The position numbers were made by a program, and so were the translations under genes. Below the pieces are notes generated by a model, which did not search any database, was not told the DNA's origin, and saw only the letters and a list, made by a program, of their open reading frames with translations. 64,000 nt of DNA from Octopus sinensis. Taxonomy: Eukaryota. The DNA lies in the NCBI RefSeq assembly GCF_006345805.1, contig NW_021832580.1:2144-66143 (forward strand), read 5' to 3'. Within the stretch, counting starts at the first letter, position 1. Every line of letters begins with the position of its first letter. Below are positions 1 to 12,976 of the stretch, one piece after another.

Positions 1-12
1 ACGGCCAACCTA

Positions 13-43
<31 letters not shown>

Positions 44-525
44 ATATATATTGTACACATATTATATATATACACAATTACATATATATATGTACATACA
101 TAAAATCTAAATTAGAGATAAAAACACTATTACACTCTTTAATAATAATAATATAATTTATTATTATTATTATTATTAATCATATATATATAGATATATA
201 TATATATAGATATATATATACACATATATATACATATATATATATATATACATATATATAAATATATATACATATATATATATATATACCTACATATAAT
301 ATATAATATATATCTATATATGTGTATATATATATATGGAATTTTCAAAGAAAAACAAAAGATGAAGACAGGTGTATAAAACAACACACAGGTGTATTAG
401 TGACGCTCGGGAATTTGAGAAGGTCTTTTACGTTTCGAGCCTACGCTCGTCAACAGGAAGATACACGAGAAAATAAACAGAGAGAATAAAAAACAAAAGC
501 TTTAGTGACTAGCAGTCGATCATGG

Positions 526-559
<34 letters not shown>

Positions 560-928
560 ATATATATATATATATAAAAATATATATATATATATACACG
601 CACGCAAATTATATTCAGAAAGTAGCTTTAATGTACTTTATTAACTGCAAAACTAGTCAAAATGATGAATTTTTGCAGTTAATAAATTATGTTTAAAGGC
701 ACTTCTCGATTTTCTGAAGTTTAATTTGAATATTTATGAACCAAGATTTATACTTAAACTTATTATTTTAGGAATATTACAATTCATTAAAAAATAATAG
801 TCAACGAACCAGTAATTCATTAGTTATTTTTTATCTCTTAATCAGGCTATTTTAATCTCTATTTGAATTATATATATAAATGTATATATATATATAAATA
901 TTTATATACATATTCATATATATAATTA

Positions 929-1092
929 AGAGTGGCTGTGTGGTAAGTAGCTTGCTTACCAACCACATGTTTCCCGGGTTCAGTCCCACAGCGAGGCACC
1001 TTGGGGCAAGTGTCATCTGCTATAGACTTGTGAGTGGATTTGGTAGACGGAAACTGAAAGAAGCTCGTCGTATATATGTATATATATATACA

Positions 1093-1139
<47 letters not shown>

Positions 1140-1336
1140 TTGTCTCCCCCAACATCGCTTGACAACCGATGGTGGTGTGTTTACGTACTCGTAACTTAGC
1201 GGTTCGGCAAAAGAAAACGATAGAATAATTACTAGGCTGCCAAAGAATATGTCCTGGGGTCGATTTGTTCGACTAAAGGCGGTGCTTCAGCATGGCCGCA
1301 TGACTGAAACAAGTAGAAGAGTAAAAGAGAGTAAGA

Positions 1337-1337
<1 letters not shown>
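929..1337 (+). mobile_element. CORE-like tRNA SINE family A
   Basis: Head GAGTGGCTGTGTGGTAAG...GGGTTCAGTCCC, core GCACCTTGGGGCAAGTGTC, internal (TA)n(TG)n and tail GGCGGTGC...CAGCATGGCCGCA..TGACTGAAAC. A 3'-half copy follows at ~1425-1612. Confidence 0.85.
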
Positions 1338-1400
<63 letters not shown>

Positions 1401-1738
1401 TTATAATTATATGTATGTCTTTATGTCTGTGTTTGACCTACAACCACTACCACAACCACCGATGTTGGTGTGTTTACGTCCCCGTAACTTAGCAGTTCGG
1501 CAAAAGTGATCGATAGAATAGCAGGCTTACAAAGAATATGTCACGGGGCCGATTTCTTCGACTAAAAGAATTTAGTCGGTGCACCAGCATGGCCGCATGA
1601 CTGAAACAAGTTATGGAATATTTTACATACTCGTTATTGGGAAATAGCAGCGAGATCTTTTTCAAATCATAGCTCTTGTCTTCTGAAAGAAGGACAAATG
1701 TGATAAGACTAAGCAATACCTAGTTCATTCATCTAAAT

Positions 1739-2440
1739 CAGGGGTTCTCAACCATCTTTTATCTATGGACCCCTTCGATTACTGTTTTATTCTGGTGGAC
1801 CCTACTAGCCATTCGATGTTTAAAAAACTAGTTTTATAGAAACTTCTTTCTAAATTCCTATTTTATTTGTCACCCATTAACTTGTGTAGGTTGAACTATG
1901 TAAAATGTTAGAGAAAGAAACCCAGCTGTTCCTTGCAATACACACCAATACATACATCTAAAGTAAAATATTTCCAGGGACCTTTAACCCTTTCGTTACT
2001 GTATTTATTTCGAGATGCTTTGTATTTCTTTCAATTACTTTAAATATAACAAAGAATTTAGTAAAAATAACTTAGCTGCCATTAAACTAGTGTTAGGAAC
2101 ATAAATTATGACTAAGGTTTGGTGGAAGATTTTAATTCAAAACTTATGAAAAAAAGACATTTGTACTCAGAGCCAGAGGTGGTTTCAGCCGGGTTGGTAT
2201 CAAAAGGGTTAAGCTAGTATTAGGAACAGTATTTGTGACTAAGGTTTGGTGGAAGATTTTAATTCAAAACTTATGAAAAAAAGACATTTGTACTCAGAGC
2301 CAGAGCCGGTTTCAGCTGGGTTGGTATCAAAAGGGTTAAAATACTATTCTGGACCCCCAACTTACTATTTTGTTTTGTGGACCCCCAAAAATCTAATATG
2401 GTCCCTCAGGGATCTTTTGGAGCCAGGTTGAGCACCACTG
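1739..2440. mobile_element. Non-autonomous hAT DNA transposon
   Basis: TIRs CAGGGGTTCTCAACC / GGTTGAGCACCACTG (13/15 match), with a perfect 8-bp TSD ATCTAAAT at 1731-1738 and 2441-2448. Confidence 0.9.
1988..2335. mobile_element. piggyBac-type MITE nested in the hAT element, with a duplicated right end
   Basis: TTAA|CCCTTTCGTTAC on the left. GTATCAAAAGGG|TTAA occurs twice (ending 2208 and 2335). Segment ~2085-2208 is repeated at ~2213-2335. Confidence 0.8.
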
Positions 2441-3032
2441 ATCTAAATTTGTTGTCGCAGCTGTAAAGACACACATTATCGTTCTGCTTCTCATAGATAT
2501 TTTCAGAAACAATTTAAAAAGATTTTATTTAGTTTTTATATAATGCAACTTTCACCTAGGGCTAGGTGAAGACCTCATTTTTATTCCTTTGTCGAGGGAA
2601 TAATCAATCAATCAATATAATGTTTAATTTTCTCAAAATTCTCGAAATAAATGTATTTAACAACTGAAATAATTGACAAACTCGTTATTTCACGATTAAT
2701 TTGCTCAAAATTTTCCCAATAAATATATTAATAAATAAAATAACTGGAAAACACGAATTTTTATATTTACATACTGAAAATTTTTCCAAATAAATATGCT
2801 TAAGAAATAACGTAATTGACGAATTCAAAGAATGTCAAGTAATTAAAAAACAAATTAAGAGTGCTTTGACGATCGCGTTTTCTCTTCTGAGCGCTTTCAT
2901 CTTTTTCTAACCAGAGGCTATAATATGCATTATCTCCCATCATTGCAGTAGACAAGCGACCTTGCTCTTTATGCCCCATTGTTGCAATATCTTAGTGAAA
3001 CCTTTTACTGTGTTCTTTAATGATGTCATGTA

Positions 3033-3250
3033 CGAAGCGGTGCTGAAAAGTTCATGGCTTCAGATAAAAGAAAATACAAGAAGATCAGTTAATTATGATT
3101 TTAGTGAACATATTCCCGTCTCGGATTCACACACTTATTGCAGCGGTCCTTCAGTTTCTGAAAGCCCTGTAAAAGAACTCGGGAGGGTTGGGCCTCTAGC
3201 CAGGTCTTTCGCGATACACTTAAAACCAGAAACTTTTCTGTACCCCCTCG
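3033..3250 (-). mobile_element. Tc1/mariner MITE retaining the transposase C-terminus
   Basis: TA|CGAAGCGGTGCTGAAAAGTTCATGGCTT ... AAAACCAGAAACTTTTCTGTACCCCCTCG|TA. The minus strand reads ...QKLKDRCNKCVNPRREYVH*, like mariner transposase ends (W/RxKCVxxxGEYVE). Confidence 0.8.
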
Positions 3251-3350
3251 TAAGTTTCCACGGAAACAAATCGAGACGTCAATGCAAGAAATGTATGTTT
3301 AAGGACATGTGACAGCCCATGTTCACCTGTTACTGATTATTGCTACTAGT

Positions 3351-3623
3351 TGTGGAGGCACATGTCCTAGTGGTTAGAGCAGACCGGACGATGTGTGTGT
3401 TTATGAGCGAAACACCTAAGCTCCACGCGGCTCCGGCAGAAGATAATGGTGAAACTTCTGCTGACTCTTTCGCCACAACTTTCTATAACTCTTTCTTCCT
3501 GCATCTTATAGCTTACCTGCGATGGACCGGCGTCCCATCCAGGTGGGAGAATCTATACGCCAAGGAAACTGGGAAACCGGCCCTTATGAACCAGAGCATG
3601 GCTCGAGAAGGAACAAACAACAT
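3351..3623 (+). mobile_element. tRNA-derived SINE family C (V-domain-like centre)
   Basis: Box A-like head GGCACATGTCCTAGTGGTTAGAGC, centre CCTGCGATGGACCGGCGTCCCATCCAGGTGGG and tail CATGGCTCGAGAAGGAACAAACAAC. Homologous to 21895-22215. Confidence 0.75.
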
Positions 3624-3753
3624 TGCTACTAGTTCCCTACAGCTAAGAGTATTGGAAATCAATAGAAATCCACATAGTTCAGGAGAACAAGGTTTGTCTT
3701 ACTCGCCAATAGACATTTCAAAGTACAATCAATATGCTATCCAGAAAAGAAAA

Positions 3754-3968
3754 CGGCGAGCTGGCAGAATCGTTAGCATGCCGGGCAAAATGCTTAGCGG
3801 CATTTCGTCCGTCTGTGCATTCTGAGTTCAAATTCCGCCGGGGTTGACTTTGCTTTTCATCCTTTCGTGGGCGATAAAACAAGTACCAGTTGAACAGTGA
3901 AGTCGAAGAAATTGAATAGCCCCCCCTCCACACCAAAATTACTGGCTTTCTACCAAAATTTGAAACCA
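3754..3968 (+). mobile_element. Old Meta-like SINE (family B, alternative tail)
   Basis: Head GGCGAGCTGGCAGAATCGTTAGC, box B GAGTTCAAATTCC, core GTTGACTTTGCTTTTCATCCTTTCG. Confidence 0.75.
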
Positions 3969-3989
3969 ATATGCTGTCCAGAAAATAAG

Positions 3990-4690
3990 GTGGCGAGATG
4001 GCAGAATCGTTAGCACGCCAGGCAAAATGCTTAGCGGCATTTCGTCCGTCTTTACATTCTGAGTTCAAAATACCACCGAGGTCGTACATTATTTACATTA
4101 TTTACATTCAACGGATATTTGTCCTCATCTTGTTTGTTGTTAACACGTTTCGGCTGATATATCCTCCAGCCTTCTTCAGGTCTTGGGGAAACTTCGAACC
4201 TGGGTTCTCATTCCTAAGGTATTTGAGTTCAAATTCCGCCGAAGTCGACTTTGCCTTTCATCCTTTCGGGGTCGATAAATTAAGTACCAGTTACGCACTG
4301 GGGTCGATGTAATCGACTTAATCCGTTTGTCTGTCCTTATTTGTCCCCTCTGTGTTTAGCCCCTTGTGGGTAGTAAAGAAATAGTTATTATCATTATTGT
4401 TATTGTTCAAGTCACTACTTGGAATCGAACTCGGAATCTTGGGGTTAGTAACCCGCGTTCTTAACCACTACGCCATATGATAAGGACAAATATCCGTCGA
4501 ATGTAAATAATGTAAATAATGTACATAATTCCTCATCTCTTAAATATAGAACTGTACCACCGAGGTCGACTTTGCTGTTCATCCTTTCATGGGCGATAAA
4601 ATAAGTACCAGTTGAACACTGCGGCCGATTACATCCACTAACCTCCTCTCCACTGGAATTACAGGCCTTGTACCAAATTTTGAAAACAAT
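3990..4690 (+). mobile_element. Old Meta-like SINE split by a Penelope-derived insert
   Basis: SINE halves at 3990-4084 and 4555-4690. The 14-bp sequence TACCACCGAGGTCG is duplicated at 4071-4084 and 4555-4568. Confidence 0.75.
4085..4554 (-). mobile_element. Penelope-like pLTR insert with hammerhead motif, tRNA-like segment and an internal Meta-SINE piece
   Basis: The minus strand at 4141-4186 reads CTGAAGA-A-GGCTG...CAGCC-GAAAC. An inverted pLTR piece lies at 4480-4554. Homologous to 16815-16970 and 45810-45950. Confidence 0.7.
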
Positions 4691-4933
4691 ATGTTATCCA
4701 GAATTTGGCGCCTTTCACCAGTACGTGTCAGATCTTCAGTTTCCTGCATAATATCTTTAAAAATAGCAAAATGCGTTTGTAGATCTATGGATTTCTAATT
4801 GGAATATTTAAAAAAATCAAAATTTACAAATCTAGAAAACAACGTGAAACAGGAAAAAATGCATTCTATGAATTTAGATGCGTAAGAATAAAATTTCAGA
4901 TTGACGTCATAGTAATTTAGAAATTTCAGGAAA

Positions 4934-5443
4934 TCTATATATATAAAACTGTAGTTGTGTGAGTGTCTGTCCCCTTCGATTTAGATTCCTAACTACTCCC
5001 ACATTTTGCGGTGCAGTTTAACCAAATTCGGGTATCTTATAGTCGTGATTCATATCGAGCCCGTATGGCTATTAGCGCGCGGTCTACGATGAGTCTACGA
5101 TTTAAAAATAATTTAACATCATTTTTTATTTCCAATTAATGCATAAATTTTTGTGTGTCGATGGCGGTGGAGTGGCGTCCACGCTCACAGTGCACCTGTG
5201 TTGATTTTCCCCATCTTCCTCCCTCGTGAAGCTGTGGGGAAGGGAGTGTAAGGAAATCAACGTCGCAAAGCGTTGTCAAGGAGACCAGCGTTCTTTTAGA
5301 ACAACGACTTCATGGCTTGAAGACACCAAAACAGAAATGGCTAAGAAAGCCCGAATTGGCATCTATAAGGGAAGTAACTCTCTAAAAATGCTTATATAGT
5401 TATTTCCCTTACAAACCCGAGCAACGCCGGGCGATACTGCTAG
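4934..5443 (+). mobile_element. Non-autonomous Helitron
   Basis: 5' TC start (A|TCTATATATATAAAA), subterminal hairpin CCCGAGCAACGCCGGG at 5416-5431, 3' CTAG|T, inserted between A and T with no TSD. Confidence 0.75.
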
Positions 5444-6519
5444 TATGGAATAAATTGTGAACTCGGAGTAAAAAAAAAAGCTATAAATAATAGCGAGTAA
5501 ATATTGAACAGTAAAACTCGAAAGCTAAATGTGGATTCGAACCCCCATCTTCTGTAAACATGACAGACGTTCTGACATTTTACCAAAACAATACGTCGAA
5601 TCTCTCCTTCCATTCTAGAAGCTTTGCTCTTACCAGATGAAATTGGTATAAGTGTGCGGTTAAGAAGCTCGCTTTGCAACCATGCGGTTTCGGGTTCAGT
5701 CCTCGAAACCGCATGGTTGCATCTTGGGTAAGGGTCTTCTACTATAGTCCCGGGCTGGCCAATGCCTGATGAGTGAATTTGGTATGCAGAAAATATGTGG
5801 AATCCCGCCGTATACATGTGCGTCAGTGTGTGTATGTGGGGGTGTCTGTGTGGAGGTGTTTGTCTATACCACCCGGTATCACTTTACAACCGGTACTGGT
5901 TTGCTTACGTCCTCGTAACATAGAGGTTTCTGCTACAGTGATTGATAGAATAACTACCAGACATCTATAATACATTAAAAGTGAAGGGCGCATAATGAGA
6001 AAATATTTTGAAAGTAAAAAACCCCTGAAATGTGAATACGAACGAAATAAAATAAGTTTCACGTAAAGTGGAACAGTAGTTATTGAGATATTCGGGGTTT
6101 GGGGGTATAGATACCCAAAACGGTGCATAATAGGAAAATACTCCGAAAATAACTTAACCCTGAAAGGGAAGAAACTCTAACCTTTCCATTAGACACATTA
6201 TGATGGGCAAAATATTTTACAGAAAATATTTCGTAAAAGAGCCAAGTACATTCAATGTATCTCACCGCCAAAGATTTGGCTGCTATTTCTAGCATGCCCT
6301 GCTACCACGTAGCGATAAAGGACCCGAAATACCTGTTACGTGGTAGCAGTGCATGCGAGAAATAGCAGTCAGATTTTTTCTTTTCTGAGGAAAGGAGTCG
6401 TTGACGCGTGATTTCGATGTCACATTCTTAAATATGATGGGCAAATTTTTCTTAAGTGAAATGACTTTAAAATACGGTAAATATTTCGTATAATATATTA
6501 TCTATATATATATATATCT

Positions 6520-6559
<40 letters not shown>

Positions 6560-6561
<2 letters not shown>

Positions 6562-6950
6562 CGTAGGAGTGGCTATGTGGTAAGTAGCTTGCTTACGAAC
6601 CACATGGTTCCGGGTTCAGTTCCACTGCGTGGCACCTGGGCAAAGTATCTTCTACTATAGCCTCGAGCCCTGTGAATGGATTTGGTAGACGGAAACTGAA
6701 AGAAGCCCTTCATATATATATATATATGTTGTTATTTGTGTCTATGTTTGTCCCACCACCACCACCACCATCGCTTGACAACTGATGATGGTATGCTAAC
6801 TTCCCCGTAACTTAGCGTTTCGGCAAAAAGAGACGGATAGAATAAGTACTAGGCTTACAAAGAATAAGTCCCGGCGTTGATTTGTTCGACTAATGGCAGT
6901 GCTCCAGCATGGCCGCAGTCAAATGACTGAAGCAAGTAAAATAATAAAAG
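6560..6950 (+). mobile_element. CORE-like SINE family A
   Basis: Full head-core-microsatellite-tail structure. Confidence 0.85.
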
Positions 6951-7020
6951 AATTATATATATACATATATATAAATATATATATATATATATTAGGAATT
7001 AATAATTAAATAAAATTAAT

Positions 7021-7074
<54 letters not shown>

Positions 7075-7284
7075 CAGAGATAGACGTACACGTAAGCACG
7101 CATATGCATATACATATATACAAGGTCACACACACATTTATGTATGCATATGTACATATGTGTGTGTGTGTATTTAGGTATGTGTGTGCGTGTTTGTGTA
7201 TGTGTGTGCGTGTTTGTGTATGTGTGTGCACAAGTCTTGTGTTTTCTGTATCTACGCTTCTCCCAGCCACAGCTGTTCACACCG

Positions 7285-7394
7285 CAGTTCCACACAGTTC
7301 CACATAGTTCCACGCAGTTCCACATAGTTCCACGTAGTTCCACGTAGTTCCACGTAGTTCCACATAGTTCCACATAGTTCCACGTAGTTCCACA
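7285..7394. repeat. 10-bp minisatellite (AGTTCCACRY) x11
   Basis: Directly visible tandem units. Confidence 0.95.
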
Positions 7395-7773
7395 CTGTTA
7401 GAGAACAAATGGTTATAGAAGAACAAGCGAGTGGAGAACGCGTAGGCCTGCCTTAGCTTGTCGGTGCACACGTACCGACATGTTCGATATGAATCGAATT
7501 GAAAGAAGGAAAAGCGATATCGTGTCGAAAAATAGGAGAAGAACCAGCCAGATTTGCTTGCATGCATTGACTGAATCGCATCTACCTGCAGTCGGCTGGT
7601 TCCTGTCGGAGTGTGTGTTGATAATAATGAGTGTGTTGTCGTCTAATGTAAAAGAAAAGCAACAAAAAAACGATCGCACGTTGTATGTATGTATGTATGT
7701 ATGTACGTATGTATGTATGTACGTATGTGTATATGCTGATGTATATATATATATATATATAAATATATTCATT

Positions 7774-7814
<41 letters not shown>

Positions 7815-7816
<2 letters not shown>

Positions 7817-8062
7817 ATCGTAAAAGAGAAAGAAGAAAAAAATGAAAAAAAAGGAATAGAAAAAAGAAAAGAAAACGATCAATAGGGATCGTGTATCACG
7901 GTGTCATAATGTAAGGTGTAAAGGGGGAACCAGATAAGGTTAATCCGTGGGAAGAAAAGCATACGGAAAAGACCACGGTAACTTCGGTCAATATTGTTAC
8001 ATGTTACCACATTTGTTTGCAAGTAGGTAACCCTGTTTTAAATTTTCCGGGTTCATAGGAAA
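7815..8062 (-). mobile_element. LINE-like 3'-region fragment, near-duplicate of 9068-9320
   Basis: Near-identical to 9068-9320, differing mostly by small indels. Confidence 0.6.
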
Positions 8063-8064
8063 TT

Positions 8065-8103
<39 letters not shown>

Positions 8104-8173
8104 CATGTATGTATATATAATAATAGATCGGTGTATTTTCTCCTTATACATCACTCTATGCATATAAATTTTG

Positions 8174-8220
<47 letters not shown>

Positions 8221-8370
8221 TATATATATATATATATATAATATATATATATATATATAATATGTGTGTGTGTGTGTGTGTGTGTGTATGTATCTATGAA
8301 CATATATGTTTGTATGAATCAGTTGTGAGTTTATCAGTCTCTCTCTCTCTCTCTCACCCATACATACACA

Positions 8371-8483
<113 letters not shown>

Positions 8484-8865
8484 CAGACTGGCAGATATAG
8501 TTACGAAGCGAGTGAGAAAGTTGGTGATGGTGATGGATCTCCGTCATTGGACGATGAGTATTCAGTTATTCGATCCACTGAATTACCTGCCCCTGAATTC
8601 CTGTACGTGTTAGTGGCGGAGCATTCCACAGACACAGAGTAAGAGAAGTAGGCGAGACAGAGTTATTTTAATTTCGAGTACAATTCATCCGAAGGGCTTC
8701 TATTCAGTTTCCGCTTTCATTATGTCATTCGCAATGAATGGGTCGACCGAAGATGGTTTTTAAAAAAGTTGGGATTTGCTGAAGAGGTCACGCAGTAGGA
8801 TCGAATCCAGGACCTCACTTTTGCAAAATGAATTTCTGAAACATTCGAACATACGGTCCATACAT

Positions 8866-8955
<90 letters not shown>

Positions 8956-9332
8956 TGTTTCTTTATTAGCCATACAGGGCTGCACACAGACGGGACAGAT
9001 TACAAAGTAGAGCTTTTCTTTTTTGGGGAGCGAGAATAAAAAAAGGTGGAGTAGGTTTTCGATCAAAAGGGATCGTAAAAGAGAAAGAAGAAAAAATGAA
9101 AAAAAAGGAATAGAAAAAAGAAAAAAAAAAACGATCAATAGGGATCGTGTATCACGGTGTCATAATGTAAGGTGTAAAGGGGGAACCAGATAAGGTTAAT
9201 CCGTGGGAGAAAAGCATACGGAAAAGACCACGGTAACTTCGTTCGGTCAATATGTTACATGTTACCAACATTTTGTTTGCAAGTAGGTAACCCTGTTTTA
9301 AATTTTCCGGTTCATAGGAAATTTTCCGGTTC
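8956..9332 (-). mobile_element. 5'-truncated LINE 3' end (Tx1-like tail) in (GATA)n
   Basis: The minus-strand end GTGTGCAGCCCTGTATGGCTAATAAAGAAAC is followed by (ATCT)n, with GATA repeats on both flanks. Homologous to 59314-59480. Confidence 0.6.
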
Positions 9333-9385
9333 ATGCATTAATAGATAGAATAGATAGATACACATACACATATTATATGTGTATG

Positions 9386-9428
<43 letters not shown>

Positions 9429-9598
9429 TATATATTATATGTGGTGTGTGTGTGTGGGTGTGTGTGTGTATATTATATAAGTATTATGTATGTAATGAAT
9501 ATATGTATGTGTGTATTACATATATATTTATAAATGTTAAGTACTACCCCACAGGAGGGACCAAATCCCCGACTCCTATTTAAAAGACCAGCGTCCTT

Positions 9599-9650
9599 GC
9601 CTCCGTAGCTCAGTGGTTAGAGTACTGGTTTTGTAAACGATGGTTCGAAT
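9599..9650 (+). pseudogene. tRNA-Thr(UGU)-like 5' fragment
   Basis: GCCTCCGTAGCTCAGTGGTTAGAGTACTGGTTTTGTAAAC resembles the acceptor, D-arm and anticodon arm (TGT) of tRNA-Thr. The 3' half is missing or degenerate. Confidence 0.45.
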
Positions 9651-9661
9651 ATTTTTTTTCT

Positions 9662-10057
9662 ACTCTAAGCACAAGGCCCGAAACTTTTAGGAGGGAAGGG
9701 CGCCAGTCGATTATATCGACCCCAGTGCGTAACTGGTACTTAATTTATCGACCCCGAAAGGATGGAAGGCAAAGTCAACCACGGCGGAATTTGAACTCAA
9801 AACGTAACGGCAGACGAAATACCTATTTCTTTACTACCCACAAGGGGCTAAATATAGAGGGACACAAACAAGGACAGACAAATGGATTAAGTCGATTACA
9901 TCGACCCCAGTGCGTAACTGGTACTTAATTTATCGTCCTCGAAAGGATGAAAAGCAAAGTCGACCTAGACGGAATTTGAACTCAGAACGTAGCGGCAGAC
10001 GAAATACCGCTAAGCATTTCGCCCGGCGTGCTAACGGTTCTGCCGGCTCGCCGCCTT
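9662..10057 (-). mobile_element. Meta-like SINE dimer (two different tail types)
   Basis: Head at 10057 and junction AAAGAAATA|GGTATTTCG at 9823/9824. The second unit ends in the GGGCCTTGTGC-type tail. Confidence 0.85.
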
Positions 10058-11625
10058 AAAAGACAGAAAATATTGAAGCAGTTACAGTCTACCCACACCC
10101 GTGTTTCCCCTGTCACCAGACCTCCACACACAAGATGGAGTACAGGGGCTGTAGGGCACTATGTTACGCCATTGTATGTTCGGGCAATTGGTTAGTTCTT
10201 TTAATGGTTACTAGTCCTTGTCGACTCCGGATGAAGGGCAAAGTTGAACGTTAAGATCCTCACCACCTCAAAAAAATAATAAAATAAAATAAAAACACAT
10301 AAACGCTAAGATCCCGAAAAAAAACACAAACACAGCGAAACATTTGCTGCGATTTTGTTTTATATCTACATTTATACATACATACATACATACATACATA
10401 CATTCAGACAGACAGACAGACAGACATTCATACATAATCCATACATGCGTGCATGCGTCTATACAAACATGCATGCATACATACATGCATACGTATGTAC
10501 ATGCACGCTACATACAAAGATACATACCCACATATACATATATACATATATATATTATATATATATATATATATTATATATATATATATATATATAAATG
10601 TAAAAAAATACAAACTGGGACAAGAACGTGAAACATTTAGAAGACGATACAAAAACACGGACGGGACATTCGAAGCCTTCAATCTTCAGTCAAGAACCGG
10701 ATCATTTCGCAATTTCGACTATATATATATGTATGTGTATATGTATATGCATGTGTGTAGGTATGTATATAGATAAATAGATTGATATACACATGTATAT
10801 ATTTATATATAAATATACAAATATATATATACATATATCTTGCATTTATACCACACACAACACACACACACATATATATATTATATATATATATATAATA
10901 TAGATAGATAGATAATAGATAGTGATAGATAGATAGATAGATAGATAGATAGAATAGAGAGATAGATTGATAGATAGACAGACACACAAGTGTACATACA
11001 TGCACATATATGTGTGTGTTGTGTATAGAGAGAGAGAGAGAGAGAGGAAGAGGGGAGAGAGATGACGAGAGAGTTATATGTATATACATATTATAATGTA
11101 TTTACATATAATGTATATACATATAATGTGTGTAGGTATACATGTATACCTAAACACACAAAAGAACAAAATATAAAGTAGTTGAATACCTCAAAGTGGA
11201 CTTACAGAACGACGATGGGAGCATCGTGAGAGCTTCCGAACAATACGCCATTCTTTACCCAAGTTCGTCCCTTCACAATCTGAGTTTAGATCCGGCCTCG
11301 GTCACTTTCATATTTCATCCCGCTGTGATCGATGGAATATGCACCAATGTAGTAAGCAGTGCAATCGATTTGATCGACTTATCCTTCTTCCTCCTCCCAG
11401 CCGGCCCACAACTATTTCTGGCCTTCGGCCAATCTTATGTGAATCAATATGATATTGGAGTAAATTTAATATGTTTTTCTTCACCACATATGCCAAACTA
11501 AGCTGTACCTCTAGCCTTTAGGCTATTCAGGCATTCCTCTCGGGATATATCAAATATGAAGGATCTTTTGTGCTTGTATGTGTGTATATGCGTGTGTGTG
11601 TGTTTTAATAAGAGAACCAATAAAA

Positions 11626-12226
11626 GCGGCGAGCTGGCAGAAACGTTAGCACGAAGGGCGAAATGCTTAGCGGTATTTCGTCTGTCGCTACGTTCTGAGT
11701 TCAAATTCCACCGAGGTCGACTTTGCCTTTCATCCCTTTCAGGGTCGGTTAAATAAGTACCAGTTACGCACTGGAGTCGATGTAATCGACTTAATCCGTT
11801 TGTCTGTCCTTGTTTGTCCCCTCTATGTTTAGCCCCTTGTGGGTAGTAAAGAACAGTATTTTTCGTCTGCCGCTACGTTCTGAGTTCAAATTCCGCCGAG
11901 GTCGACTTTGCCTTTCATCCTTTCAGAGTCGGTTAAATAAGTACCAGTTATGCACTGGCGTCGATGTAATCGACTTAATCCGTTTGTCTGTCCTTGTTTG
12001 TCCCCTCTATGTTTAGCCCCTTCTGGTTGGTAAAGAAATAGGTATTTCGTCTGCCGCTACGTTCTGAGTTCAAATTCCGCCGAGGTCGACTTTGCCTTTC
12101 ATCCTTTCAGAGTCGGTTAAATAAGTACCAGTTATGCACTGGCGTCGATGTAATCGACTTAATCCGTTTGTCTGTCCTTGTTTGTCCCCTCTATGTTTAG
12201 CCCCTTCTGGTTGGTAAAGAAATAGA
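11626..12226 (+). mobile_element. Meta-like SINE trimer
   Basis: One head plus three ~185-bp bodies; units 2 and 3 look identical. Confidence 0.9.
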
Positions 12227-12450
12227 TATTTCGTCTGTCTCCGTCTACCAAATCCACTTAGAAGGCATTCGTCAACCCTGGACTATAGTAGAAGACACTT
12301 GATGAAGGTGCAGTGCAGTGGGATTGAACCTGAAACTACGTGGTTACTAAGTACGCTTCTTAACTACTTAACAACCCCACAGCCATGCCTGCGTCTATAC
12401 ATGCGTAATAATTAATAAATAAATAAATAAATAAATGAATAAATTCGCGT

Positions 12451-12859
12451 TTACTCTTTTCTCTTACTTGTTTCAGTCATTCCACCCTGCGGCCATGCTG
12501 GAGCACCGCCTTTAGTCGATCAAATCGCCCCGGGACCTTATTCTTTGTGTAAGCCCTACTTAGTTTATCGGTCCCTTTGGTGCCGACCCGAAGTGAGGCG
12601 GGGGGACGTAACACCACAGCATCGGTTGTCAAGCAATGCTAGGGGGACAACACAGACACACAAACACACACATACATATAATATATATACACTATACGAC
12701 GACATGCTTCTTCATTTTTCGTCGTCTACCAAATCCACTCACAAGGCTTTGGTCAGCCCGACTATAGTATAGAAGACACTTGCCCAAGGTGTCCGCAGTG
12801 GGACTGACCCGCAACCATGTGGTTGGTAAGCAAGCTACTTACCACACAGCCACTCCTGC
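12451..12859 (-). mobile_element. CORE-like SINE family A
   Basis: Reverse complement of the full structure. Confidence 0.85.
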
Positions 12860-12976
12860 TGTAAGAAAAGAAAACAAGCGATGAAAGTAATAAGAGCTCG
12901 GATTAAATATTAATTGTATTATAGTAAATACTTAAACATTAGAATGAGATTAAATTCTCATATTTTAAAATATATA

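Noticed and set aside
425-465. Hammerhead-like motif on the minus strand (TTGACGA GCGTAGGCTC GAAA CGTA)
   Set aside because: C3 is mutated and stems I and II pair poorly. It is probably a dead Penelope pLTR remnant, like 10640-10700.
3340-3825. 161-aa ORF and similar SINE-spanning ORFs (e.g. 21847-22149, 44693-45169)
   Set aside because: They are read-through of non-coding SINE or retroposon sequence with no protein motifs.
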